Translations under genes and position numbers: made by a program
Notes under the pieces: model-generated
What the model saw: only the letters and a program-made list of their open reading frames with translations
Told to the model about the DNA's origin: nothing
The model's database searches: none
Shown: positions 12,830-25,917 of the stretch, in pieces
How the letters are laid out: each line of letters begins with the position of its first letter
Position numbering within the stretch: the stretch's first letter is position 1
Assembly: GCA_043228905.1 (NCBI GenBank)
Contig: JBHGNT010000239.1
Coordinates: 1 to 46,778 of the forward strand
Length of the DNA stretch: 46,778 bases
Reading direction: 5' to 3'
Origin: Azolla caroliniana
Lineage: Eukaryota > Plantae > Polypodiophyta

Positions 12830-13834
12830 GTGCATATTATGCATTTGAGAACACATGCAATCTTGGAGATATTAAGTGTTGGGTCCTCAAGAAATATCTT
12901 TTTGACACTATGGTGACCCAGGTTCTTCTCTATGGGGTGGAAGTATGGGGCGGTAGCATCCCTAAATCTACATGGAAAGAGTTTGAAAATTTCCAAAAAC
13001 ATTTTCTTACAAAGTTTCTACAAGTTAAGAAACAAACGCCCTACACCCTCCTCCTCCTTGAGACGGGATCACTTCCCATTGAGATCATGGCCATAGAAAG
13101 GGTTGTTGAATACATGCTTAAGTTTCAAAAAGCCCCTCACATCGACTTCCTAGAATTGCATGGGAAGCAAGCAAAAAGATCCAAAAGACGCATAAAAGCA
13201 AAATTTTGTGTTCCAGTTGGATGCAAGATTTAGAAAAATGGTTTGGTAGATGGGATGCAAGACACTTGCTACATGATGCGTCACTAGATTCCTCTGTAAA
13301 TGAGGCCTTTTTGCAACGCCAATGTATCATGACATGGGACAAATGTGGTGGCTCACGCTTCACACATTATACTACAAATGTTGCACCTAACTACAAAACT
13401 ATATTCTTCATGGAACGGGGAAGCCGTACACATCGATACATGTTAGAGCCCATCCCGATATCTGCCATTCGAACCATTGCTTCCATGCGACTTAGCTCGC
13501 ACGCATTGAGATGTGAGACGAGGCGTTGGGGCACAAGTGATGAGAGTGGCCGACTATGCACACTTTGCCCTAAACAAGTTCGAGAGTCTGAGTATCACAC
13601 TTTGATACAATGCTCTGCCTTTGATCATATTCGACCATGCTTTCCACATCTCTTCGATCGAGCCCAATCCTTGCACAAATTTCTCTCACAAACACAACGT
13701 GCACTCTCGATTGCAACATTCATTGGTAAAGTTCTTGAACATCGAGAGTCGCTACTCACCTTCACACGTATCACGTGAAATGTAATATTTTTGGTCTCAT
13801 AGGTCATATTTGACCTCCAAGGACGATAATAGAA
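12827..13834 (+). mobile_element. 5'-truncated LINE copy A (ORF2 C-terminus with Cys/His finger plus 3' UTR)
   Basis: LFDTMVTQVLLYGVEVWG; RLSSHALRCETRRW..RLCTLC..ESEYHTLIQC; stop at 13778; ends GATAATAGAA, followed by (TCTA)3(TC)10. Confidence 0.9.
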
Positions 13835-13866
13835 TCTATCTATCTATCTCTCTCTCTCTCTCTCTC

Positions 13867-16315
13867 AATCAATGTGCTCATGCCTCTTAGAGGCAGGAAA
13901 GAAAGCATATTATGCATTTGCAAACACATGCAACATGGAGATATGAAGTGTTGGGTCCTCAAGAAATACCTTTTCGATGACACCAATGTTTCTCTATGGG
14001 GTGGTAGCATCCCTAAATCTACTTGAAATGAGTTTGAAAATGTTCGAAAACATTTTCTTACAAAGTTTCTACAAGTTAAGAAACAAACATCATACACCCT
14101 ACTCCTTGAGACAAGATCACTTCCCATTGAGATCATGGCCATGGAAAGGGTTGTTGAATATACGTTTAAGGTTTAAAAAAATGATCATATTATAACGAAT
14201 TGTCCAAAATTGGCTACAAAAGAGGCAAAGAAAAAAGAGGCAAGATTGGTTATTGCAAAAGTCTCTACACCGAAAAAAGAGTCTGCAAATCTTGTGCGGA
14301 ATGAAGAATGGGCATTTACTATTGTTTGCAGTTTTGACCCATCTTCATTTGAACAATGTATGTCTGTTGTAGAATCAGATGTTTGGTACTTCGATAATGG
14401 GGCAACTAAACATATTACCTCCCAGCACAATTTCGTCACTTCATTGGAGCCTACCCCTACAGGGAATACTATCACATGCACCAACAACTCATCTTATCCA
14501 CATGCCTATTTGATTGCATTTGGTTTTGAGAATAGTCCAACTGAAAGCACCTTATATGTTAAGTGTGTTGATGATGTATTTCTAATCATGGTTGTGTATG
14601 TCGATGACATGCTGCTCACTGGTCCCAATGAGAAGCACATTGTTGACTTTAAGGCTGATTTGCATGCCTCTTTTGAGATGTCAAATTTGGGGCATTTGCA
14701 TCATTATTTGGGCATTCAATTTATGCAAGTTGATGGTGGAATAGCTTTGTGTCAATCGAAATACATTGACACATTATTGTAGTGTTTTGGCCTTGAAGAT
14801 TATAAACCTATTACCACTCCCACGGAAGCAAGTTTGTGTTTGAGCCTTCATGATGTTAGAGATGCATTTGATGTTGTTCTCTATCAGTAGCCAGTTGGAT
14901 GCTTGATTTACTTATGCATAACCTGACATGATATTCAATTTGTTGTCTCTCAGATGAGCAGGTTTATGCATTGCCTAGGAGTTAAGCATTGGCAGGCAGT
15001 TAAGCGCATCTTTCGCTACTTGAGTGGTACCCGGTCACTTGGATTGTTTTATCCCAAGGGGGGATCACTATCATCAGACTTGCATGCTTTTCTTGACTCT
15101 AATTGGGTTGGTTGTAATGACACTCGTGTGTCCACAAGTGGTTTTTGCTTCATGCTTGGTAGCTCATGCATATCTTGGTTGAACAAGAAGCCGCCTATTG
15201 TGGCCACTTTCAGTTGTGAGGCTGGGTATAGGGAAGCTTTCACAACTACAGTTGAGTGTGTGTGGCTTAAATGCCTTTTAGCTGATTTGGGTGTTGGTCA
15301 ATTTTCTGCCACCACCATCTTCACTAACAGTCAAACCACATTGGCAGCTGCGAGGAACCTTGTGTTCCATGCTCGCACTAAGCACATTGAGGTGCATTAT
15401 CACTATGTCAGGGAAAGGTTCTCCGCTGGGGAGATCAGTTTGGCTTATGTGCCCACGCAAGAGAACATTGCAAACCTTTTCACAAAGGCTCCGCCTAGGG
15501 AGAAGTTTGAAGCTTTCCGCAAAGCTTTAGGCCTACTTCCATTTGTGGATTGATCTCTATCCACATAGCTTGGCACTTCCTTAACCATGAGTGCCAGCTC
15601 CTTGTTCACCACATCACTCCCAAGGGGGATTTGTTGATGTATTTCGGTAGTGATGTGTGTGAACACACTTAGGACTACAAGGGCATTTTTTCCCTCTTTA
15701 GGAGGTTTTTTCCCCCTATCTATAAATACTCTCATAACCCTAAAGTGATTAAGTTTTTATGAATCAAAACAAGAACCCAACAAATGAGGCCTTTCTACAA
15801 TGCCAATGTATCATGACATGGGACAAATGTGGAGGCTCACGCTTCACACATTATATTACACATGTTGCACCTAGTTACAAAACCATATTCTTTGGGGAAC
15901 AAGGAAACTATACACATCGATATATGTTAAGAGCCATCCCATTGTCTACCATTCGAACCATTGCATCCATGCGACATAGCTCACATGCATTGCGATATGA
16001 GACAGGGCGTTGGGGTACAAGTGATAAGAGTGGTCAACTATGCACACTTTGCCCTAAACAAGTTTGAGAGTCTGAGTATCACACTCTGATACAATGCTTT
16101 GCGTTTGATCATATTCAACCATGCTTTCCACACATCTTCGACCAAGCCCAATCCTTGCACGAATTTCCCTCACAACCACAATGTGCACTTTGATTGCAAC
16201 ATTCATCGGTAAAGTTCTTGAACATTGAGAGTGAGTACTCACTTTCACATATATCACGTGAAATGTAATATTTTTGTTCTCGTAGGTCATATTTGACCTC
16301 CGAAGACGATAATAG

Positions 16316-16317
<2 letters not shown>
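13867..16317 (+). mobile_element. 5'-truncated LINE copy B in two pieces (13867-~14180 and ~15780-16317), split by a copia remnant
   Basis: Both pieces are collinear with copy A; same GATAATAGAA end, followed by (TC)35. Confidence 0.88.
14190..15750 (+). mobile_element. Internally deleted Ty1/copia remnant (PR fused to mid-RT, RNase H, PPT 15622-15629, partial LTR from 15632)
   Basis: WYFDNGATKHIT jumps to ...VYVDDMLL with no integrase; FHARTKHIEVHYHYVRE; AAGGGGGA then TGTTG. Confidence 0.88.

Positions 16318-16387
<70 letters not shown>
16318..16387 (+). repeat. (TC)35 microsatellite, 3' flank of LINE copy B
   Basis: Read directly from the sequence. Confidence 0.97.
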
Positions 16388-16389
<2 letters not shown>

Positions 16390-17449
16390 ATATATGATAG
16401 TGAAATTGAATAGCACATGTTAAACTTACACGTAAACTAAAGTGCATTTGAAGTTGAACACCTTCAAAATATATATATATATATGAAGAGCAAGTGTGAT
16501 GTCATTGTACAGCGGTGGTTGGGGTTAGCAATCTAATGTATTCAAGGAATATTCATTTACATAATCAAGGTTGTCCATCACTTCAAGCAATTGAGTTGAA
16601 ATCGCTTAGGAGTACATGAGCATATAGCATTGTTGTGTCATCCCTCTATTGTAATTGCCTCTTGAATACTTTTGTTAATAAACAGTATTTATCACCCCCA
16701 TCATATCTTTATGTTGTTATTGCCCACTTTCAACGCCGTCAAAAACACATGCATTCTTTTTTCATTGGACGTTTCAGTGGGACAACTTCACCGCTACAGC
16801 TTTATACATGTCAAGAATGTACAAAAGAAAAAAAAGGAGCTGAAACTGAATGCTAACTTCCTATCCTCTAAAACTCATCATCTCATAAGGGGATTTATAT
16901 GACCTGCCCTAAAAAGCATCACTAGCCACCAAGCCAAACACTTTTAGCCAATCCTATGACGAATATGGTAGACACTTCATCAAATCATTCACTACCGCAA
17001 TGCCTTCATCCTTCTAATCTGCTTTTACACCTTGTAATGGCTAAATGCAAATGATGATTCTAGGTTAAAAACTAGTGGATCATTTCCATGAAACATGATT
17101 ACTGAAGATGTGGGAAATATATGTGAAAACATAAAAAATCAAGGAAATCAAATTTTATTATAATATTTATCATCAAAGCTTTACTTTATCATAATAAGTA
17201 GTAAAATGACATTTAAAAGATCAAGAAAGTTTTATTGTGATCTGAATAAAACACATTCTATTTGATTGTCATCAAACTTCCAACAAATTTTCTCAACGTT
17301 AATTCATCAGCCTCTTTAACATTACGAGCACAGCAGAATGCAGATATGTGAGAAACACAAGAGAATGCCATTTTTAACACTTCTGCCCACAATGCAATTT
17401 TTGACAAACAAATAAATAAAAACTCAAACGCGACACAATATGATCATAC

Positions 17450-17527
17450 CATGGCGAATCACTGGAATACCAAGTGCTGATTCAATGGATTCAGCCTCCA
17501 ATCCATGTGGGTCATATTGATAAAGCC
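17450..17527 (-). CDS. PGPP1: PGP phosphatase exon 2
   Basis: cag|...|gtatg; (G)LYQYDPHGLEAESIESALGIPVIRH(G); phase 1/1. Confidence 0.92.
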
Positions 17528-18522
17528 CTGCACTGCACCATGAAGTAACAATCTTTCAAGATGGATAGAAATTAAACTCAATCAATCACAACTAATAAAC
17601 CAGATACCTAAGACATCTTCCCACTATGAATTCTATATTGCTTTATTTAGGATACTCAGACCTGATATAGTGAACCTAGAGATACGTCTATGGAAGCTCA
17701 CCATAATGTTGAGCAGTGTTGGAAAGTATGAGGGGATGTGTGCACCCTTCACTAACATGACAAATTGGGTTCCTTTATAGGAAGCTTGCATCAGTACTTC
17801 TTAACTCACTACCCCAACAAAGACAAAGAAAATCTAATCTTGAAAATTGTGGAATAGATCAAACTTTCAAATATCAAAAAAAAAATTGTGAAACCCATGA
17901 TTTGGGTTTCTTGCATCGGTAATTACTACCCCTATGTTTTCTTTTATTGGATGCATCAATAAATAAAAAATGTAGTCTATAGATAAAAAAAACATAGAAA
18001 ACCTTGTTAAACAATCCTTTGGGGTGCTTTCCGTAGCTTACTACTTGTTACTATAATAGCCCTATGACATTTATCAGATGCATCAAACATGAGGGAAAGC
18101 TGGTTGTTTCCAGTAGTACATATAATCAGGCCTATGAAGACATGAACAACTAGTAGATATTGTAATATAGATCAAGAATCTAAACTTCTTGTGTCAATCC
18201 ATCATTTCTTAGCTTCGTGCATCACTTGCTAAGAATTAGTATATACTATTCTATGTTTTTTATTAGATGAATCAATATAGACATGAAAAACTTTAACTAA
18301 ACTAAATTCTAATGTAAGTGCAAATTTTATAATGATCATAAAAAATGTTTATCACCGTTTTCAATCTTCTTGCATCACTTACTACTAATAAATTATACTT
18401 ATGTGTTTTAAATCAGATGAATCAAACAACGATCTGGAAAATTACAGATCAAGAATTGAATACTCACTAAAGATGGAATAATGAAAGCCAAACATGGATC
18501 CATTTATTGAAAAAAGAAATAC

Positions 18523-18808
18523 CTGCAGAATTGCTGAGTATGGCGAGACGGCCATCAAAGACACTCTTGCATTCATCGAGAGAAGTTGTAAGGGAAGGCC
18601 ACAGACTCTGCTCATAAGGAGCAGTGAGAGTATTATCTTTGTCCAGGACTACTCCATGGAAACCCTTCTTCTTCAGGGCTTTCCAATCAATATATCTTGC
18701 GTCTGTAACCTCCAGATGTGGAAGAGCTAATTGAGGTTTCTTTAATACAACATCAACAGTAGAGATGATACCTGAGAAATTGAACCTTTGACCTAGCTTC
18801 CCAAACAT
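18523..18808 (-). CDS. PGPP1: PGP phosphatase exon 1 (start uncertain; frame open upstream to 18934)
   Basis: MFGKLGQRFN..LPHL..IDWKALKKKGFHGVVLDKDNTLTAPY (HAD motif I, DxD)..LSNSAG; donor g|gtatt. Confidence 0.92.
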
Positions 18809-18877
18809 GCTGACCTTCTCGTCTCGTATCTGTAAATTCTCCTCACGAGTTTGCACTAATATTTTCCGACAATTCCG

Positions 18878-18892
18878 AAACCCTAACCCTAA
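18878..18892 (+). promoter_or_regulatory. Telo-box-like motif upstream of the PGPP1-like ATG
   Basis: AAACCCTAACCCTAA, 70 bp upstream of the ATG. Confidence 0.4.
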
Positions 18893-20699
18893 CACAGGGA
18901 GTCTACTTACATCATATCCATCAGTCTGTTTCAAAACAGGTAGAGAGTAGAAAGAGACAGATTTTCCAGAATGACAAAAATAAAAAAATCATGTCCTCTG
19001 GAGGCTGGCTGGCCCCCGTTCCTCCTACGATACTGAGAGATGAGCTCCGCTTTTGATATTTACAAACAATACCCCTGTCCCTATTTACAAACAATACCCC
19101 TACAAACAATAATACATCTTGTGTCAAAACTTGTAAAGTTGGATTGCTACATGGGTATTTACTAGAATACTCCTACGCTATCTCATATCCATATGTCTGT
19201 CAAACATGTAGAGTAAGAATACATTCGAAAATTATCCCCAATAACTCTTTAGGTATTAGCACTAAAATAACCCTACAAATTATAATAAAAAATCTACTAC
19301 AATTTGGTATTATTTTATACTTTGTGGAAATCATGTAATATATAACCGATTGCATAATTAGATTAATTGGAAAACCATCAAAATACTAATTATGTTCTCA
19401 AACAATTACCAAAATGCCCTTTGTAATATAAACTTTGTTGGGGTACTTTTATACTTTTGAAAATTAGATGTATTCTAGTAAATATCTTATAAGTTTGGAA
19501 TATATTAATGTTTTCGCCTACAAAATATTGGAAATACCACCAGAATGCCCTTAATTTGTTGCATATTTGTAAAGTATCCGGCACTCGGGACATTGGTTGT
19601 GGAGATTGTGGCACCAACAATAGACACCTAGCTCAACCAAACTCCGGAAAAAGAGGGATAGAACAAATGAAAGAGGAAACAATGTACGTCAATGGGTAAC
19701 CTAGTGTGAAAGGGAGACACTTGACTTGTAAAAAACTATAAAAGCCACCTTTTGGTGACTTTTGAGCTCCTTGATTCTTAGGGATTCTACTTTTCTATTA
19801 GTTCATTGAGATGTCCTCTTATATCTCCTAAATCCTTCATTAGAGTTAAAAGAGATTAGGGTTAAGAGCTAAGTGAACCTCTTTGTATTAAAAAGTGGTG
19901 TTAATGATAATATATCTTCATTGTGTAAAAGAGAGTAAAGCAAAGGAGAAAGATTAAGCACTAATGGGTAAAATACTAAGCAAGCTAGTAGCTTGAAGGT
20001 GCTCAACAACCACCTTAACCCGATTAGCCATCAAAAGGGTATACACCAGTCTGGACTTGAGGATAACAACATCGACGGGAGGCATAACAACATCGATCTA
20101 TACATATGTTCCGTGAGGTTACATGGAAGCGACACAATGTTTACAAGAATACTTAGTCAAACCAATGAGTTAAAAAAGGAAATTGTACATGGTCCTCATC
20201 GTCAACACAAACAATGCTACAGTTCATCCATGATCACATGTGAATCACATAAATTATATGACTTGTATGTCTCAAGCTTTGAGTGATGTTGGCATATCTC
20301 ATTGGTTGTTGCATGGGCAACATTAGTCCAACCCATGACTACATGCATATATAGTGAGCCACAATAATGATACAAACATGCACACCATATCAAAGAGAAT
20401 TAAAGAAATGTAGTAAACAACCATATTTGTGCAAAAGGTAGGGTAATATGGCATAGGTGTATTTATGATTTCTAAAATATAATTCTTTTCTCCAAGAAAA
20501 TCTACATGATGGCCCAACATTTTCTTCTTCCAACTTATTTATTAGATGTGTGATATATTTGCTTTAACGTGTGACTTTTATAAATGTTCATAATTATGCA
20601 CAAAAGTCTCCCCAATGTTAGCTTCTTAGTATGTTTGCTTTCACTTGTGAGTTCTATAAATGTTTATAATTATGTTTCCAAGAGGAAGACCGTGAAGAG

Positions 20700-22800
20700 A
20701 AGCTCCCTTATATTATGTAAGACAATCATTAAGTTGTCAACAGTAATAAATCTATCCTCATATTCTAATAATCAAGTAAATCTTGGGTGCATTATAAGTC
20801 AAATATTTCCTAACAATTGCAACCATTTGCAATTAACATTGAACTTAAGGTTGGATTTGCATATGGCTCAAATAAAATGTAAGTTTGTTACTTACATTGA
20901 TACAAATTTGGTATCCAAGAATCGAACTATCATGGTTAACTTGTTATGGGCAAGATATATAGCGGTATCATGGAACAAAAGATTAGCTCATGGATTGAGC
21001 ATCACCACAAATGAGCACTTGGTCAAGTATATGTTGTAGGTCAAAACACTCAATTGATCATTTGGTTAAAAGAAAGTCAACTTCAAGGGAAAACACTATG
21101 TTGTTGTTTTGAGGACTTCAAGAAAGCCTTTCACATTGTACCATGGAGTGGGCTTTAAAAAACAATGATAGAATTAGGAATGCCCTTAGAGTATACAACA
21201 CATGTGTAGTAGTAGGTGCCAATTGAAAATGGATAGTGATTTATTGAAGTAATTTTTAAGAAATATGAGTCAAGCTAGGGTGGCCACTACTAATTCACAT
21301 TCTTTTTTATTTTATTTTATTTTCCAAAAAAAATATAGCTTCACATTACTTAGCAAACAAAATACATCAAAGTTCAGCCACTCCGAAAACCAATAGCAAA
21401 TTCGGCAAAACTAACGTTGGCCTTCCCCTCACAAATCTGATCATAATCCCCACCCCCTCAGTTACAAACAAAATGATCCCACCTACTCTTTTACAACAAA
21501 GCTATCTGGGTACCACAACTATGGTAGCTTACTTGTATCACAACTATAAATATTTACATCTCATGTCCACTAATGGGAGCCATTGGCGGAAACAACCACT
21601 TGGGTGCTTGGTAGTTCCATTTAGGCCTTGTTGAAGATTTGACCATCATAGGAGAACCACCTTATTTCCAAAGACTTTGAGTGCCCTTTCTGCTTCGTCT
21701 GATTCCCCATGAATCGAGTCATACTATCCGCACAACCAGGATACCAGCTCGAACTAGATATTTAGCAACACCTCGCTGGTTGGACGCTCTTGCTATTGAA
21801 AAACAAACTTACATCACTTGGTCCAAATGTGCTAGATTGATAAGCACGCCACCATCATCCATATCTCCTAAACAAATTTAGAGTTTGTGCTAGGTTGTGA
21901 TCCAACACATTGGAACACGTTGCCACCCTACACTATAAAGCCATGACCTTGTGGGTTTAACTGTTCCACCTAAACTTCCCTTGTTAACTTCAAACCCTGT
22001 AAGGATCCCCACACAACTTTCCCATTCACACCGCAAGTTGCCACAATCATGAGACTTCTACCCCAAATGCTAATAGCCTCTGCAAAATTCACATTCTTTA
22101 GTCTAGTGATCAATAAACTTAAAGAATAGTAAACAAGTACGCAAAAGAAGACAAATTGGATGACCCAAAACTCATGCATGGGCTCATTTTTATACTCCTA
22201 TATGTGATGACATTGTTTTATTCTCATATAATTTGGATGATATGCAACATTTACTTGATGTATTTATTGGACACCATTTGTCAAATACGTGGGATAAGTG
22301 TTGACATGGACAAAACAAAAATGATGGCAATACAACCAAGACATTACCCACTTTTACATTTAAAGAGAGAACGAATAGTTGGGGTGTATGCTATGAGTCA
22401 AGACTTCAAGCAGGTTGGAATAATTATTATATTTCTAAGAATCAACGCAACCAAATTGATACTTGAGGATGGGAAGTGATTGATGTTATCCAATGCTATG
22501 CTGTGGTAGTCCAAGAGTTAATTTTTGGAGTGGCACTATCTCACTTAGTGCATGGAATGAAAAAATAAAATCCAAAAATTGTTCTTACGTACACAATTGG
22601 AGGTAAATTCTCAACATCCTATCATATCATGCTATAAAAATAGGTGCTTAGCCCATAGTGGTACTAGCCATGCAAAGAGTAAGAAAATATATCACAAAAG
22701 TGAAGAATATGCCTTTCCATAGATTGCCAAAACAACCTTAACATAGGATGCAAGGTACAAAAAACTAACAAGAGAAAAATCCTCACATCTTGCTAGGAGA
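20700..22800 (+). mobile_element. Highly degenerate LINE RT remnant, interrupted at ~21300-22170
   Basis: TGTTGTTTTGAGGACTTCAAGAAAGCCTTT resembles CCFVDFKKAF near 21100; YxDD-like and VDMDKTKMM segments at ~22200-22325. Confidence 0.6.
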
Positions 22801-23294
22801 ACCTTAACACTTCTTCAAATTCTCTCACACAAACTAGGTGTTGAGGTAGCATTAGGGCATCCTAGTGGAGGATGAATATCACTTACTTATCGCATGCTCA
22901 ACATATAAGGTAATTCACGAGAACCATGATGGCTAGTTAGATGAGTATGATAATGTAAGTGTCATATTCTAATGTCCACCAAAAAGGGTGATAACATATA
23001 TGCATGCATTATTTTTACATTGAGCGCTTTTACTACAAGGCAGTAACCCCCTTCTTAGGAAGGAGTCCCATTGGCCTCATCATGGGTGATAAAACATCTA
23101 TTCCATTATATTACCTAGAATGTATAGGGACTTGGCTTGTAAATCCTTTACTCTTGTTAGTGCTAGTTGTGACATTTTTGTGTTGCATATTGTTTTATCA
23201 CCCATGATAAGGTCAATGTGACTCCTTCAAAAGTCCTAAATAATTTCAAATGTGTGCTGAATTAAACTTGAAAATAGTGGGTTCATATAATCCA

Positions 23295-23557
23295 ATGGTT
23301 CGGTTTGAACTAAACCAAACCACCAAATTGCAACTTAATGATTTAAACAGTTCGGTTTACGTTCAAGTTTTATTTGATAGTTCAAGTTTGATTCGATTTA
23401 GGCGGTGAAAGGTTTGGTTTAGTTTGGTTTTGACAGTTTGAAACCGCGGTTTAAAAGATTTTGGTTTGATGGTTTGATGGTTCGCTTCAAGTTTCAAAAT
23501 TTTCAAACAATTTAGTTTAGACACTCTTGAACCAAACCAAACCAAACCGTTGCCAAT
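23295..23557. mobile_element. Non-autonomous hAT/MITE-like remnant with (AAACC/GGTTT)n subterminal repeats
   Basis: Dense GGTTT/AAACC pentamers in both orientations, ending AAACCGTTGCCAA. Confidence 0.5.
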
Positions 23558-24253
23558 TGTTAGTAGAGAAGGATGGAAGAAGGAAAGGCTATTGTCAATT
23601 AGAGTCATAGAAAGAAATTAAACAAGAACTAAATAGGTTTTTCATAGGTAGTGATTTCATATGAAATTAAACTTCTACAACTAATTATTAGCATACATAT
23701 ACATGACATCACAATTCACAACACCATTAACGAAAATCAACTATCAAAACATGAAGGAGATAAGACCACAAAAGTGAAAATAAAATTTCTCATTGTTGAT
23801 CATGTTATTAGATGCCAATGTATCATAACAAGCAAGCTTTTTTCCACTCACCATTGAAAATAATCTATTCAATATTGACTCTTTGCATCAATGCTACCTA
23901 CAATGATGGATAGCAAGAATAGGAAAATCATCAAAATCTTCAAATGATATAATTTCACGTCTGTGATGAACTCCTGTGCTCACACACCTCTACCTCATTT
24001 TCGTTCTCCAGTTCTTTGTGGGAATCACAACTCCTTTTAGCATCACAAAATGAAACCCAAAAACTTGTCTAGGTCTACAAAAATTATCTGAAGTGAAATA
24101 TTGTTCTCATCTTGAATTTTCTTGTCGTACGATTTTGCTAAAAATGTTTTCCCACAATGTTGTAATATCTTATGCTCGTTTTGTTTATGTCCAAAAACTT
24201 GATTTAAAATATGTTATGACATCGTGGAGACCTCAAATCATGTCCAGAGTATA

Positions 24254-24337
24254 TTAATGAGGTGATGCAAAACTCAATTGCATACCGCTCTGGCTACAGT
24301 CAGTCTTTGATTGCCTCAGAATCTTACAAAAGTTTAC
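24254..24337 (-). CDS. SAM50: SAM50 exon 4 (last)
   Basis: tacag|GTA; VNFCKILRQSKTDCSQSGMQLSFASPH* (final beta-strands). Confidence 0.85.
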   Translation of the reverse strand, partial: VNFCKILRQSKTDCSQSGMQLSFASPH

Positions 24338-24581
24338 CTGTAGAAAAAGAAAACAAGGAGCATCATCAGTAGGTCATCTCAAGACATTATTCACAGGAAA
24401 ATTACAATGGATACTAATATCATCAACCTATCTTAATAAGATCAGATTAGAAGAAAGATGGAGAGTTTATACAAAATCTTGCATGAGAAAGAGCTTGACA
24501 AAAAAAAGCCATCAAGACATCATGATTTCCTAGTTCAAATACAGCTGAAAAAATATGTTATTCATGATGTAAAAACGGCAC

Positions 24582-24589
24582 GAGAGAGA

Positions 24590-24627
<38 letters not shown>
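24582..24627 (+). repeat. (GA)n microsatellite in SAM50 intron 3
   Basis: Read directly from the sequence; one TA interruption. Confidence 0.95.
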
Positions 24628-24669
24628 ATGATTCCTTGACCTTGTGCTATCATCTTCATAAGATCTCAT

Positions 24670-24862
24670 GGACAAAATACCAAATGTCCCCTAACTTCTT
24701 GGGTATTTACCGAAGTTTTCAAAAATACCAGAAATAACCCTATCTATCAATAAGTTTTGTGCTACAAAAGGAGTATTTTAGTTCTGGTAAATTGAGAAAA
24801 CTTGGTGATATTCTAATTCTGGTAAATACCAGACAAGTTAGGGATATTTCAGTATTTTTACC
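24670..24862. mobile_element. MITE-like element with ~45-bp imperfect TIRs
   Basis: Left AAAATACCAAATGTCCCCTAACTTCTTGGGTATTTACC vs reverse complement of right AAAATACTGAAATATCCCTAACTTGTCTGGTATTTACC; no clear TSD. Confidence 0.6.
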
Positions 24863-24915
24863 TTTCTTGTACAGTTTCTAATATAATTGAGAGAAAGAAA
24901 GAAAGCAGATCAGAC

Positions 24916-25422
24916 CTCGAGTCGAAACAACCTCGTCGGAACCACTAGACCAGCACCAGCAGAAACCCTAGTAGAAGACCAGAATTTCTTTACAGACATT
25001 GATTCGTCTATTTCAGGAAGGCTGATAAGGTTTCCCGCACATATGAAACAATGGCCATGTATGTTACGGTCTCTCAAATATTGCAACGGCAAATCAAATG
25101 ATAGGTCTGCAAAACTGGTGACCGAGATGTCACCCCCCAGAGCATCCCTCATTTTCTCTTCACTACCATCAGGTACTATCAAATTTATAGCTCTTCTTAC
25201 GTCCATAGGCCCAACACCTCTACAATGAAAACCTGGCATTTTGATTGGACCACTCATATCACAAGCAAGGGAAGCATTTCCACCAATGAAAAATCGGTCA
25301 CTGATTGGAGTTGCCTTTCTGCGGAATCCTTCACCCCACGGTATTATAAACCCCCCTGATATCCCAAGATTTAAAGCTGCATTAGCAAACCCAAGTGGAA
25401 TGGCACCTCGTAAATCTAGCTC
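24916..25422 (-). CDS. SAM50: SAM50 exon 3
   Basis: gcag|...|gtctg; ELDLRGAIPL..DRFFIGG..GFHCRGVGP..DALGGD..GAGLVVPTRLFRLE (Omp85 barrel). Confidence 0.93.
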
Positions 25423-25917
25423 CTGCCAATAAAATGCACCATACCGATTGAATTATTTATACTTAATTTGTGGGAACTGGTAGTCTAAACATACTTGTTA
25501 CAGGAAACACAATGAAAAACTAGAAGTACTAAACCTAACACAACTTCAGCCCAAATCTCTAACTGCTCTGATGACATTAGACAAGCTATCACAACCCAAA
25601 GATATGGAAGCAGCATCCATAATCCCCAAGGCAATATTCCAAGCAGTGACTGGTAGGCAAAGGTACTGGTCTCATCAAAACAGCAGGCAGAACAGGGAGA
25701 GGGGAGATAATCATTGTTGATATGTTAAAATGCAAAAAATGGTTCCAATCACATGGCATAAATAGTATATAAACGCTCTACCCTGTTCCAATATAGCTTG
25801 GACTTTACAAACTTGGGCATGATCAAAGCGGAAAAGGATAAAGTGATCCAAACTGATATCATAAAATTGGGTAATGAATTAAAATGTGGATCAGCCCCAG
25901 GATCTATACACTAAAGC

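Noticed and set aside
12096-16447. ORFs with ERERER or LSLSLS runs
   Set aside because: These are translations of TC/GA microsatellites.
24582-24627. (GA)n tract as another LINE insertion site
   Set aside because: No recognisable LINE sequence on either side; it appears unoccupied.
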